A stretch of 64,000 bases of DNA. Source: an uncultured virus (IMG/VR IMGVR_UViG_3300027977_001066). Taxonomy: Duplodnaviria; Heunggongvirae; Uroviricota; Caudoviricetes. The position numbers and the translations under genes were made by a program. The stretch lies in IMG/VR virus record IMGVR_UViG_3300027977_001066. One strand, 5' to 3'. Below, piece by piece: positions 38,160 through 48,147 of this stretch; positions within the stretch are counted from its first letter, which is position 1; each line of letters begins with the position of its first letter. A model generated the notes under the pieces. The model was not told the origin of the DNA. It was given only the letters and a program-made list of their open reading frames with translations, and searched no databases.

Positions 38160-38756
38160 ATGATTAAGCTAACAGTTCCCTTACCCAAAAGTATTACAAT
38201 CGCATGTAGCGGTGGTGTAGATAGTATGGCAGTAGTTGACTTTCTAAGTCGCAAGCACGAAGTAACGATTGCCCATTTTAATCACAGAACACAAAACGGT
38301 GAAAAAGCCAGTGAGTTTGTTTCTAGGTATTGCGGTGATAACAATATTCCTATGTTGTACGGATCACCTCGTAGTCAAAAAGGTAGCAAAGAATCACAGG
38401 AAGAATACTGGCGTAGAGAACGCTATGAATTTTTAAGTGAGCTTGGTCCAGTCATTACTTGTCATCATTTGGATGATTGTGTTGAAACATATATTTGGTC
38501 AGCATTACACGGCACACCCAAAGTCATTCCATTAACACGCAACAATGTAATCAGACCATTTTTAACTACACGCAAACAAGAGTTTATCTATTGGTGCGAA
38601 AGCCATAATGTGCCTTGGATTGAAGATGAATCAAACAAAAATTCACGCTATACCCGTAATTACATTCGCAATGAATTGATGCCACACGCATTACGAGTCA
38701 ACCCAGGCTTACATACTTTGGTCAAAAAGATTGTCGAAGGTAAGCAAAATACTTGA
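38160..38756 (+). CDS. tilS: TilS-like PP-loop ATPase (tRNA-Ile lysidine synthetase catalytic domain only)
   Basis: ACSGGVDS, HFNH, RRERYEFL, TCHHLDD.VET, IRPFL, WIEDESN, YTRNYIR. Confidence 0.85.
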   Translation: MIKLTVPLPKSITIACSGGVDSMAVVDFLSRKHEVTIAHFNHRTQNGEKASEFVSRYCGDNNIPMLYGSPRSQKGSKESQEEYWRRERYEFLSELGPVITCHHLDDCVETYIWSALHGTPKVIPLTRNNVIRPFLTTRKQEFIYWCESHNVPWIEDESNKNSRYTRNYIRNELMPHALRVNPGLHTLVKKIVEGKQNT

Positions 38757-38781
38757 CTTCTCTACGCAAGCCAAGTATACT
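38753..38781 (+). promoter_or_regulatory. Sigma70-type promoter TTGACT-N17-TATACT
   Basis: Upstream of the DNA-binding protein/polymerase operon. Confidence 0.75.
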
Positions 38782-38804
38782 AACTAATTATTTAAGGAGA
38801 ACCT

Positions 38805-39071
38805 ATGTCAGATTATAACAGAACCTTTAACGGTGAAGCAAAGATTAAGCTAACTCAACTAGTCAATGAGGGTATGACTGTACTACACGAAATTGACACA
38901 TTGAATGGTGGACTAAACGACACTATTAAAGCAGTTGCAGAAGAACTTGAAATCAAGGCTTCTACATTGAAGAAAGCAATTAAGATTGCTCACAAGGCAA
39001 GTCTCGGTCAGACTAACAAAGACCACGATGAACTCAACACTATCTTGGAAACTGTGGGCAAAACACTTTGA
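38805..39071 (+). CDS. Small helical dsDNA-binding protein (T4 DsbA/GapR-like)
   Basis: IKAVAEELEIKASTLKKAIKIAHK pattern; AAGGAG RBS. Confidence 0.55.
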   Translation: MSDYNRTFNGEAKIKLTQLVNEGMTVLHEIDTLNGGLNDTIKAVAEELEIKASTLKKAIKIAHKASLGQTNKDHDELNTILETVGKTL

Positions 39072-41785
39072 GTTACGTTGACGCTATTCACAGCAGGGAT
39101 GAGGATCGTATCTACGTAGTAGAACGGGATAATAACGGCAAGCGTCAATACAAAGAATATCCCACTAACTATGTATTGTATTATCCTGACCCTAAGGGTA
39201 AACATCGTAGTATCTATGGCGATCCAGTCAGTCGTTTCAGTACTCGAAAACGACAAGAGTTTGAAAAAGAAAGACGCATTCATTCAGGTAAGAAATTATT
39301 TGAAAGTGATGTTAACGTAGTCTTTCGCTGTCTAAGTGAAAACTATCTTAAAGTTGATGCTCCTAAACTTCATACTTGCTTCTTTGACATTGAGGTAGAC
39401 TTTGATCCTGAGAAGGGTTTCAGTCCTACTAGCGATCCATTCAATCCTGTAACTGCTATCAGTTGTTACTTAGATTGGCTAGACCAATGCATTACACTAG
39501 TGATTGCTCCTAAACATATGTCTAGTGAAACAGCCCAAGAAATCACTAATGAATTTGAAAACACAATGCTATTCAAATCAGAGAAGGAAATGTTTGATGT
39601 TTTCTTTCAACTCATTGAAGATGCAGATGTATTGACTGGCTGGAACTCAGAGGGCTATGATATTCCCTATATGGTCAATCGTGTTACTAGAGTGATGAGT
39701 AAAGATGACACACGCAAGTTTTGCTTGATGGGTCAACTTCCTAAAGCTAGAGAATACGAACGATTCGGTAAGAGTGAAACAACTTATGACTTAGTAGGTC
39801 GTATTCACTTGGACTATTTACAGTTGTACAAAAAGTATAACTATGAATCTCGTCACAGTTATAAACTTGACTCTATCGGTGAGATGGAAGTCGGTGAAAA
39901 CAAAACACAATATGAAGGTACGCTTGACCAACTGTATAACAAAGACTTTAAAAAGTTCATTGAATACAATAGACAAGATACAATGTTGTTAGTGAAGATT
40001 CACAACAAACTTAAGTTTTTAGAATTAGCTAATCAACTTGCACACGAAAACACAGTACTGCTTCCAACAGTAATGGGTTCAGTAGCAATGATTGAGATGG
40101 CTATTTTTAATGAGGCTCACGAACGTGGGTTAGTTGTTCCAGATAAAAAACGAAAGGTTGAAAATGAAGAAGAAATCCAGCAAGCGGCAGGTGCCTTTGT
40201 TGCTACGCCGAAAAGAGGAATGCACGAATATGTCGGGGCAGTTGACATTAACTCGCTCTATCCCTCGGTTATTCGTGCCCTCAACATGGGTGGAGAGACC
40301 ATCGTTGCTCAAATCAGACAGACAATCACAGACCAGTATATGAAAGACAAGGGCCTTCGACTAGCAAGTGAGAAGAAACGCTATAAAGAAGGTGACGATG
40401 ATGTGACTGGTGCCATACTATGGGAGAATCTGTTCGGTGCATTAGAGTATACTGCGATTATGAACCAAGAACGTGGTACTATGCTTACAGTTGACTTTGA
40501 AGATGGTCGTACTGAAGAAATGTCAGCGGCAGAAGTCTGGAAGATGATATTTGATAGTCATAAGCCCTGGATGCTAAGTGCTAATGGTACAATCTTTACT
40601 TATGAGAAAGAAGGTGTTGTTCCTGGTCTACTAACACGTTGGTACTCAGACCGTAAAGAAATGCAGAAGAATCTAAAAGAAGCAACTACGACTGAAGATA
40701 GAGAATACTGGGATAAGCGACAACTTGTTCGTAAGATTTTATTGAATTCAGCGTATGGTGCATTGTTGAATGAACATTGTAGGTTCTATGATAAACGTAT
40801 AGGTCAAAGTGTTACACTAAGCGGTCGTCAAATTGTTCGTCATATGATGAGTACCATCAACGAATCAGTTGAGGGCACGTATTCACACGAAGGCAATGCA
40901 ATTGTATATGGTGATACTGATAGTTGTTACTTCACTGCTTATCCCACACTGAAGCCACAGATTGATAAAGGTGAGTTAGTATGGGACAAAGAACTCTGTA
41001 TCGGATTGTATGATAGTATTGCAGACCAAGCTAATGAAAGTTTCCCATCATTTATGGAGAAGGCATTTCACGCACCTCGTAAGAATGGTGAAATCATTAA
41101 AGCTGGTCGTGAACTAATTGGTGATCGTGCTATCTTTATTGTTAAGAAACGTTATGCTATTAACATCTTTGACAAAGAAGGTAAGCGTAAAGATAAAGAT
41201 GGTAAGCTTGGTGATATCAAAGCTATGGGTCTTGACTTGAAACGTGCTGATACTCCTAAATACATACAAGAATTTTTAATGAATGTATTGCAAATGATTC
41301 TGCAAGAAGGTAAAGGTCGTGATGAGGTCATTGAAGCTATCAAAGACTTTAAACGAGTATTAACTGCACAAGACAGTTGGACTAAAGGTTCTCCTAAAGG
41401 TGTTAACAAACTTACAATGTACGGTGATTTAGAAGCTAAGAGCAGTACTGGTCGTGCAAATATGCCCGGTCACGTAAGAGCGGCATTAAACTACAACTAC
41501 TTGCGTAGAGTAAACAGCGACAACTATAGTCAGAAGATTATTGATGGTATGAAGGTAGTGGTATGCAAACTTAAACCTAATCCATTAGGCTTTACCAGTA
41601 TCGCATATCCTGTTGACGAATTACGATTACCAAAATGGTTCACAGAGTTACCATTCGATGACCAAGCAATGGAACAAACATTGGTTGATGAAAAGATTGA
41701 TAACTTGTTGGGAGTACTTGGTTGGGATATTCGTAGTAGTACAGATACGAATAGTACATTTGATGATTTATTCAGCTTCGGGTAA
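39068..41785 (+). CDS. Family B DNA polymerase (T4 gp43-like)
   Basis: Exo motifs FDIEV, GWNSEGYDIPY, YNRQD; pol motifs DINSLYPS, KILLNSAYG, YGDTDS, KKRYA. Confidence 0.97.
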   Translation: MSYVDAIHSRDEDRIYVVERDNNGKRQYKEYPTNYVLYYPDPKGKHRSIYGDPVSRFSTRKRQEFEKERRIHSGKKLFESDVNVVFRCLSENYLKVDAPKLHTCFFDIEVDFDPEKGFSPTSDPFNPVTAISCYLDWLDQCITLVIAPKHMSSETAQEITNEFENTMLFKSEKEMFDVFFQLIEDADVLTGWNSEGYDIPYMVNRVTRVMSKDDTRKFCLMGQLPKAREYERFGKSETTYDLVGRIHLDYLQLYKKYNYESRHSYKLDSIGEMEVGENKTQYEGTLDQLYNKDFKKFIEYNRQDTMLLVKIHNKLKFLELANQLAHENTVLLPTVMGSVAMIEMAIFNEAHERGLVVPDKKRKVENEEEIQQAAGAFVATPKRGMHEYVGAVDINSLYPSVIRALNMGGETIVAQIRQTITDQYMKDKGLRLASEKKRYKEGDDDVTGAILWENLFGALEYTAIMNQERGTMLTVDFEDGRTEEMSAAEVWKMIFDSHKPWMLSANGTIFTYEKEGVVPGLLTRWYSDRKEMQKNLKEATTTEDREYWDKRQLVRKILLNSAYGALLNEHCRFYDKRIGQSVTLSGRQIVRHMMSTINESVEGTYSHEGNAIVYGDTDSCYFTAYPTLKPQIDKGELVWDKELCIGLYDSIADQANESFPSFMEKAFHAPRKNGEIIKAGRELIGDRAIFIVKKRYAINIFDKEGKRKDKDGKLGDIKAMGLDLKRADTPKYIQEFLMNVLQMILQEGKGRDEVIEAIKDFKRVLTAQDSWTKGSPKGVNKLTMYGDLEAKSSTGRANMPGHVRAALNYNYLRRVNSDNYSQKIIDGMKVVVCKLKPNPLGFTSIAYPVDELRLPKWFTELPFDDQAMEQTLVDEKIDNLLGVLGWDIRSSTDTNSTFDDLFSFG

Positions 41786-41862
41786 ATTGCTATTGCATTA
41801 CGCAATAAAATATAATATAATATACAACATAAACTGCCTAAATAGGTATACAAAGGAAAAAC

Positions 41863-42594
41863 ATGAAAGATTATTTACAAGATTTAATTACACACACAAA
41901 CGGTCTAGGTGATGTAGACTTAATTAAAGTTTCAGGTACTGATACCGAGACAACTATCAACGCAATTTCAGAAAAGAAAACTGTTATTGTATCAGGAGTA
42001 TTGAATAGCCCAATAGCTGATTTCATCGGTGTGTTCGGTATGCCTAACTTAACTAAACTCAAAACTATTCTAGGTTTTGATGACTACGATGAACACGCTA
42101 AAATTTCTGTATTACGCACTAATCGTGATGGTGTTGATGTACCTAGTACTATTCACTTTGAAACAAAAGACGGTTCATTTGTTAATGACTATCGCTTGAT
42201 GACTAAATCAATCGTTGAAGAAAAAGTTAAAAGTGTTACATTCAAGGGTACTACTTGGAATGTTGAGTTTGAGCCTACTATCGCAGGCATTCAACGACTA
42301 AAGAAACAAGCAAGTGCTAATAGTGAAGAAGAACATTTTACATTCACAACAGTTAATGGTGACTTGAAGGTTAACTTTGGTGATCCATCAACTCACAGTG
42401 GTAACTTTGTATTTCAACCGGGTGTTACTGGTTCATTAAACAAAGCTTGGAATTGGCCAGTTAAAGTGTTCTTAGCTATTATGGACTTGCCGGGTGACAA
42501 GAAAGTTCGTATTGCTGATGCAGGTGCTACTGAGATTACAGTAGATTCAGGTCTGGCTACATATACATATCTATTGCCAGCTAACGCAAAATAA
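41863..42594 (+). CDS. Probable sliding clamp (gp45/PCNA-like)
   Basis: 243 aa directly after PolB; FGMPNLTKL...YTYLLPA pattern; a clamp loader is present in the window. Confidence 0.65.
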   Translation: MKDYLQDLITHTNGLGDVDLIKVSGTDTETTINAISEKKTVIVSGVLNSPIADFIGVFGMPNLTKLKTILGFDDYDEHAKISVLRTNRDGVDVPSTIHFETKDGSFVNDYRLMTKSIVEEKVKSVTFKGTTWNVEFEPTIAGIQRLKKQASANSEEEHFTFTTVNGDLKVNFGDPSTHSGNFVFQPGVTGSLNKAWNWPVKVFLAIMDLPGDKKVRIADAGATEITVDSGLATYTYLLPANAK

Positions 42595-44144
42595 TGGAAC
42601 AAGACAATCTATCACAAAAACAAAACCCTGATTGGGCATTGTTCTTACCTGCAGTCAGTAGTTTTTATATTGCTGGCTTGGGTAAACAACGTAAAGGTGA
42701 ACAGTACTTTGATCCTGCACGTATCCCTGCACAATTTAATGGTGATGTAGAAAAACTAAACTTCTTAAATAGTAGTGAAGGTCTCTATTATTACAAATGG
42801 GGCTTGTACAGTGCTGGTCACGCAAACTTAGATACTACTAAAAACGATCCTAGTGAAAGTATCATTAGAGAACGTGAATCTGGCACGTTTATGTTAGGTG
42901 ACAGTGGTGGATTTCAGATTCTTAAAGGTCAATGGCCTGCTGATTGGAAAGATCCTAACTGCCCTAAAGCTATGATAAAGCGTAAAGCGGTGTTGAACTG
43001 GATGGATACATATATGGACTATGGTATGGTCCTTGATATTCCTTCACAATCATTAACTACCTTTCATATGAAAGATAAGAATGGTGTCAGTCTTCACGGT
43101 ATCAGTACTATTGAAGAAGCTATTAGTGCTACCCATATCAATAACGAATACTTCATTAAGAATCGTAATGGTAAATGTAAGTTTTTAAATGTATTACAAG
43201 GTCGTACACATAAACAAAGTGACGATTGGTATGCTGAAATGAAAAAGTATTGTGATCCAAATCAGTATCCAGACAATCATTTTAATGGTTGGGCATTCGG
43301 TGGTCAGAATAAGATTGATGTTCATTTGATGCTAACACGAATGGTTGATATTATCTATGATGGTTTACTGGTAGAAGGTAAACACGATTTGATTCACTGT
43401 TTGGGTACAAGTATCTTAGAGTATGCTGTATTGTTTACTGATATTCAGAAAGCTATTCGCAAGTATCATAACCCTAAACTACAAATTACATTTGACTGTG
43501 CAAGCCCATTCTTTAGTGCGGCTAAAGGTTTAGCATATTTTAATACAAGTATTGAGCATAATAAAAAATGGTCATACAGTATGGAAAAGACTGCTGAAAA
43601 GAAAAGTTATGCTAATGATAATCGTAAATATCGTGATGCTGTACTAGCTGAAGGCATCCATAAAGTCTTTACAGACAGTCCAGTAACTGATAAACTGTTA
43701 CTTAAGGACTTGTGCTATAGAGGTCAAGGATTCATTGGTCAACATGGTAAAGAAACTAAAACAAGCTGGGATACGTTGAGTTATACATTGATTCAAAGTC
43801 ATAATGTATGGATGCATATGAACGCTGTGCAGGAAGCTAATCGTCAATATGAAAGGGGCGTTGTACCTAAGATGTTGATGAATGAACAATTTGAACGTGT
43901 TTTGTTTAAAGATGTGATTGATGAAATTTTCAGTAAGAAAACAAAACAGGAATCTATTGATTTAATTAATCAAAACAGTAGATTGTGGATGCAATTTCAA
44001 TCAGGTAGTCAAGGTATTAGTGGTAAGAAAACTATGAATGCACTAACAATGTTTGATGAATTGTTTGATGTACAAGACGAACCAGAGTTCGAAGAAGTCA
44101 TTGAAGATAGCGATGATGAAATTTCTAAAATATTAGGAGAATAA
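42594..44144 (+). CDS. dpdA: TGT-fold transglycosylase, DpdA-like (7-deazaguanine insertion into DNA)
   Basis: LGDSGGFQ, VLDIP, LNVLQG, GWAFGG, IHCLG, TFDCASP; neighbours folE/queD/queE and the replisome genes. Confidence 0.75.
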   Translation: MEQDNLSQKQNPDWALFLPAVSSFYIAGLGKQRKGEQYFDPARIPAQFNGDVEKLNFLNSSEGLYYYKWGLYSAGHANLDTTKNDPSESIIRERESGTFMLGDSGGFQILKGQWPADWKDPNCPKAMIKRKAVLNWMDTYMDYGMVLDIPSQSLTTFHMKDKNGVSLHGISTIEEAISATHINNEYFIKNRNGKCKFLNVLQGRTHKQSDDWYAEMKKYCDPNQYPDNHFNGWAFGGQNKIDVHLMLTRMVDIIYDGLLVEGKHDLIHCLGTSILEYAVLFTDIQKAIRKYHNPKLQITFDCASPFFSAAKGLAYFNTSIEHNKKWSYSMEKTAEKKSYANDNRKYRDAVLAEGIHKVFTDSPVTDKLLLKDLCYRGQGFIGQHGKETKTSWDTLSYTLIQSHNVWMHMNAVQEANRQYERGVVPKMLMNEQFERVLFKDVIDEIFSKKTKQESIDLINQNSRLWMQFQSGSQGISGKKTMNALTMFDELFDVQDEPEFEEVIEDSDDEISKILGE

Positions 44145-44145
44145 T

Positions 44146-44358
44146 ATGCCATATAAAAATCGTATTAAAACACTAGAAGAATCAATTAGATTATTAGACA
44201 ATCAAATTTTTCAATTAGAAAAAAACGGATCAACAGATATTAAAAAAATATCCGAGTTAAAAGAAACTAAGGATAAATATTTTACTGATTTGCGATTAAT
44301 GAATAGAGTGCAATGGGATCATGACCATAACACGGTAGACTTAGGAGATGATAGATGA
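44146..44358 (+). CDS. Hypothetical coiled-coil protein
   Basis: AGGAG RBS. Confidence 0.7.
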   Translation: MPYKNRIKTLEESIRLLDNQIFQLEKNGSTDIKKISELKETKDKYFTDLRLMNRVQWDHDHNTVDLGDDR

Positions 44359-44810
44359 ACGAACAACATATACAAGCACTAGCTGAAAAACGTCAGCGAA
44401 TTAAAGACAAAGCAGTACGTACAATTTTTGTGCGTTTTCAAAAAGAAGGTATTCATAAATACCCAGCGGCAGCAACAGACCCTAACTTGGCAACAGGTGA
44501 TGAGTATGATGTTAGCTTTCTAGCAACTCCGCATAGACACATCTTTCACTTTGAAGTGTCTATTGAAGTATTTCACAACGACCGTGATATTGAGTTTATT
44601 CAATTCAAAAGATGGTTAGAGAATCAATATTCTCAAGGCATTCTTCAATTGGATTACAAAAGTTGTGAAATGATTAGTGATGACCTCTATGATGTTATCG
44701 CAACTCGATATCCAGATCGTAATATCGTTATTCAAGTATCGGAAGATAATGAAAACGGTGCTACGATTGTTTACAATACTTATAAACCCTCTCTTTCAAT
44801 CGCTATTTAA
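44355..44810 (+). CDS. QueD-paralogous T-fold protein (DpdL-like)
   Basis: LATPHRHIF (LxxxHRHxF), RDIEF, SCEMI, VSEDNENGA. Confidence 0.65.
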   Translation: MNEQHIQALAEKRQRIKDKAVRTIFVRFQKEGIHKYPAAATDPNLATGDEYDVSFLATPHRHIFHFEVSIEVFHNDRDIEFIQFKRWLENQYSQGILQLDYKSCEMISDDLYDVIATRYPDRNIVIQVSEDNENGATIVYNTYKPSLSIAI

Positions 44811-44823
44811 AGGAATTATTAAA

Positions 44824-45027
44824 ATGGCAAAACAACAACAATCTAATCCACGTGTTCAACAACTGTTTGAGGACCTAGAAGGCTATCTAGCTTTCTGTCA
44901 GGACTATGGATACAAATACGATGAGGCAACACTATATGATATGCGTGTTTTTGCATATCGTCAATATAGCAAAGCCTGTACAGGTAAATGGGCTAAGGAT
45001 CAGTGGGCAGAGGATATGCGCCCATGA
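44824..45027 (+). CDS. Hypothetical protein
   Basis: AAGGA RBS; start reassigned to 44824 (MAKQQQSNPRV). Confidence 0.7.
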   Translation: MAKQQQSNPRVQQLFEDLEGYLAFCQDYGYKYDEATLYDMRVFAYRQYSKACTGKWAKDQWAEDMRP

Positions 45028-45785
45028 AAGTAGTATTAATTACAGGTGGATTTGATCCACTACACAGCGGACATATCGCATACATTAATGCGGCTAAAAA
45101 ATTAGGAGATATGTTAGTCATCGGACTTAATAGCGATGCTTGGTTATCTCGCAAAAAAGGTAGACCATTCTTGCCATTAGGTGAGCGAGTAGCAGTAACT
45201 TCAGCATTAGACACACCTAATGCATTATTGTTATTTGATGATAGTGATGACACTGCCAAAGATGCTATTAGACAAATCAGAGAAAACTATCCGGAAGCAA
45301 CTATTGTGTTTGCTAATGGTGGTGATAGAACCAGTGACAACATTCCAGAAATGGATATCGATGATAATAACATTGAATTCGTTTTTGGTGTAGGCGGAGA
45401 AGACAAGGTAAATTCTAGTAGTTGGATTCTCGACACTTGGAAAGCACCCAAAACAGAACGTGAGTGGGGATACTATCGTGTATTGCATGAGGTAGATGGT
45501 ACTAAAGTAAAAGAACTTACAGTAGAACCAAAACAATCTCTTAGTATGCAAAAACATGCCAAACGTAGTGAACACTGGATCGTTACTGAAGGTAAGTGTA
45601 AGATACGTAGATATGCCGAAACGGGTGAATTGACCGAGACAATTCTAACTAAACATGATACAATTACTATTAAACCTGATGAGTGGCATCAGTTAACTAA
45701 CACATTTAGTAAACCTTGTAAAATCGTTGAGATTCAATATGGTAAGAAATGTGTAGAAGAAGATATCAAACGACAAAATGCATAA
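45024..45785 (+). CDS. Cytidylyltransferase-like domain fused to a mannose-6-P-isomerase-type cupin
   Basis: TGGFDPLHSGH, GLNSD, FANGGDR, NSSS; REWGYY...LSMQKH.KRSEHW...WHQL...IVEIQYG. Confidence 0.85.
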   Translation: MKVVLITGGFDPLHSGHIAYINAAKKLGDMLVIGLNSDAWLSRKKGRPFLPLGERVAVTSALDTPNALLLFDDSDDTAKDAIRQIRENYPEATIVFANGGDRTSDNIPEMDIDDNNIEFVFGVGGEDKVNSSSWILDTWKAPKTEREWGYYRVLHEVDGTKVKELTVEPKQSLSMQKHAKRSEHWIVTEGKCKIRRYAETGELTETILTKHDTITIKPDEWHQLTNTFSKPCKIVEIQYGKKCVEEDIKRQNA

Positions 45786-46977
45786 ACTATTTTACATGGG
45801 CCTAGAGCCTTACAAAGCACGATACACATTACAGTTGCAAGACTGGAATGAAAGTGTATTTAAACGTAGGGGCATTAACTATGTTATTGTCCCGGGCGAA
45901 ACATTAAGTAATGACCAAGCTATCGTTACGGGACAAGTGTTGGATGCACATGGTCGCACATACTTTGGTATGAGTCAACTTATGAATCTTGTTAAGATGA
46001 TGAAGCAAGGCGATGTAGGCGCAGGTGATATAGTTTATTTTGAAGATATGTTTCAGCCCGGAATTGAGTCATTGCCTTACATTATGAAACAGATTCCGAT
46101 CACAAGTCGTCCTAAGATTTTTGTTCGCTGTCTAGCACAAAGTATTGATCCTGATGATTTCGTACACGTATGGGGTATGAGTGAATTCATGGGTCACTAT
46201 GAGAAGATGGTTGATTCATTCGCTGATGGTGTACTTGCTAGTAATGAAGAAATGGTAATGCATATGAAGATTGCGGGTTGGCGTGCTCCGATCTACAATA
46301 TCTCAGGCTTAGCATTTGGTAAAGAAGAAGTACGAGGTCGTATCAATAATAACATCAAGCCTTTTGATGAACGAAAGATGCGTATTGCATTCTCAGCACG
46401 TTGGGATCAAGAAAAACAACCTGATTTCTATATGGATGTGATTGAAGAATTCTTTAACCGTTATGGTATGAAGGATCGTCATGGTGTATATCGTAGTGTA
46501 GAGTTCTGTGTGTTTAGTGGTAGTAAATTGAAAAGCAATAACGATAGTTATATGAAGCGTACACAAGATATGCAAAATCGTGGTTTGTTAAAAGTACACG
46601 AAGACCTAGATAAAAACGCATACTATGAGTTATTAAATGATACTAGAGTATTGTTTAACTGTGCTTTACAAGACTGGGTAAGTAATACAGTTAGTGAAGC
46701 AGATGCATTGGGTTGTAATGTATTGTATCCGGCATATCGCAGTTTCCCAGAAACATTTGCGAATGATTATACAAGACTATATACACCCTGGAGTGTTGAA
46801 GATGCAACAATTAAATTGTATAATATGTTACATCAGCCGCATGTAAATCAAGGTAAAATCAGTGATTGGACTGATGGTACTATTGATAGAATCTGTGATA
46901 TTCTAGAGGGTAATGGACAACAATGGTTGCGTATGGACACAGACTATCGCAAACATACCAGAGAGAGTAAATACTAA
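45778..46977 (+). CDS. GT-B fold glycosyltransferase
   Basis: FSARWDQEKQP, NCALQDWVSNTVSEADALGC.VLYP..RSFPE (E-x7-E-like region). Confidence 0.7.
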   Translation: MHKLFYMGLEPYKARYTLQLQDWNESVFKRRGINYVIVPGETLSNDQAIVTGQVLDAHGRTYFGMSQLMNLVKMMKQGDVGAGDIVYFEDMFQPGIESLPYIMKQIPITSRPKIFVRCLAQSIDPDDFVHVWGMSEFMGHYEKMVDSFADGVLASNEEMVMHMKIAGWRAPIYNISGLAFGKEEVRGRINNNIKPFDERKMRIAFSARWDQEKQPDFYMDVIEEFFNRYGMKDRHGVYRSVEFCVFSGSKLKSNNDSYMKRTQDMQNRGLLKVHEDLDKNAYYELLNDTRVLFNCALQDWVSNTVSEADALGCNVLYPAYRSFPETFANDYTRLYTPWSVEDATIKLYNMLHQPHVNQGKISDWTDGTIDRICDILEGNGQQWLRMDTDYRKHTRESKY

Positions 46978-46989
46978 AAGGAGACTATT

Positions 46990-47679
46990 ATGTTTGAAAC
47001 AACTTATGAAAATGAAATGTCGTATCGTTCGGCAAGCGAGGTAAACTCAGCAATGGGTCGAGTTTACGGACATATGAGTATTGCTGTTATTGTATCAATG
47101 ATTGTTAGTTACTTTGTAGGCACAAGCCCAGAGTTGCTGGCATTCTTTTTTACAGGCGTAATGAAATGGATTGTAATCTTTTCACCATTAGTAGCAATTT
47201 TTGGTATTGCTATGATCCTAGGAAATAATCCTAGTAAAGGTACTGCACAGTTATGCTTGCATGGCTTTGCGGCATTGATGGGATTAAGCTTTGCTACAAT
47301 CTTTGCTGTATTCACTATGGGTAGTATTGTGTCAGCATTTATGGGTGCGGCAATACTGTTTGGTGTTATGAGTGGATATGGTTACTTTACTAAACAAAGT
47401 TTAGATAGTGTTGGAAAGTTTATGTTTGTAGGATTGATTGCTATTATCATTGCTAGTATTGTTAATATCTTTATTGGAAGTACCGTGATGCAAATGGTAA
47501 TATCAGCATTAGCTATTATCATCTTTCTTGGCTTAACTGCCTATGACACACAAAAGATCCGTGAAGAACTAAGTGTACAAGCCAGTGATGTTGCAGAAGT
47601 ACGTGGGGCATTGACGCTGTATATGGACTTTATTAACTTGTTTATTAATCTATTACAAATTTTTGGTGATAGGAAATAA
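46990..47679 (+). CDS. Bax inhibitor-1/YccA-family membrane protein
   Basis: About 7 hydrophobic helices; LTAYDTQKI, GALTLYMDFINLF. Confidence 0.9.
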   Translation: MFETTYENEMSYRSASEVNSAMGRVYGHMSIAVIVSMIVSYFVGTSPELLAFFFTGVMKWIVIFSPLVAIFGIAMILGNNPSKGTAQLCLHGFAALMGLSFATIFAVFTMGSIVSAFMGAAILFGVMSGYGYFTKQSLDSVGKFMFVGLIAIIIASIVNIFIGSTVMQMVISALAIIIFLGLTAYDTQKIREELSVQASDVAEVRGALTLYMDFINLFINLLQIFGDRK

Positions 47680-47681
47680 TC

Positions 47682-47876
47682 ATGGCAACTCGCAAGAAAA
47701 AAGAAATTACAGAACCAACAGTAGTTAAAGGTAATCATTTGACCGTAACTACTTTTCCTGACGGCAAAACTATGTTAGAATGGGATGATGACGCATTATT
47801 AAAAGAAGTGCGAGAAGCACTCAACTCGGTAGAAGTACCAAAAGCAAAACGCAAATTAATAAAGGAAAAACAATGA
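47682..47876 (+). CDS. Hypothetical protein
   Basis: AGGA RBS. Confidence 0.65.
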   Translation: MATRKKKEITEPTVVKGNHLTVTTFPDGKTMLEWDDDALLKEVREALNSVEVPKAKRKLIKEKQ

Positions 47877-48070
47877 GCGCACAAAATGATATCGAAACAA
47901 GTTTAGAAGCATACAATAGTGAGAACGACAAATTTAACAAAGGCAATGCAGCCGCTGGTACACGTGCCCGTAAGGCACTAGCCGAGTTAGCTAAAGCAGT
48001 TAAGGCACGCCGTAATGAAATTACAGCAGAGAAAGCCGCACGTGCTGAAGAAAAAGCTAAAGCTAAGTAA
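47873..48070 (+). CDS. Histone H1-like (Hc1-family) small basic protein
   Basis: KGNAAAGTRARKALAEL.K..KARR.EI. Confidence 0.75.
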   Translation: MSAQNDIETSLEAYNSENDKFNKGNAAAGTRARKALAELAKAVKARRNEITAEKAARAEEKAKAK

Positions 48071-48147
48071 TCGTGATAAATACAATGTAAGCTACACAAC
48101 GGTAGCTTACACTTCAAAACAAAAACCATCACAAAGGAAGGTTATCT

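Noticed and set aside
39068..41785. Intein or intron in the DNA polymerase
   Set aside because: The ORF is continuous, of normal size (905 aa), and shows no intein splice motifs (C/S...HN) at the conserved sites.
42594..44144. Canonical tRNA-guanine transglycosylase (tgt)
   Set aside because: Lacks the CxCxxC zinc site of bacterial Tgt and is coupled to the clamp and polymerase genes; a DNA-acting DpdA-like role fits better.
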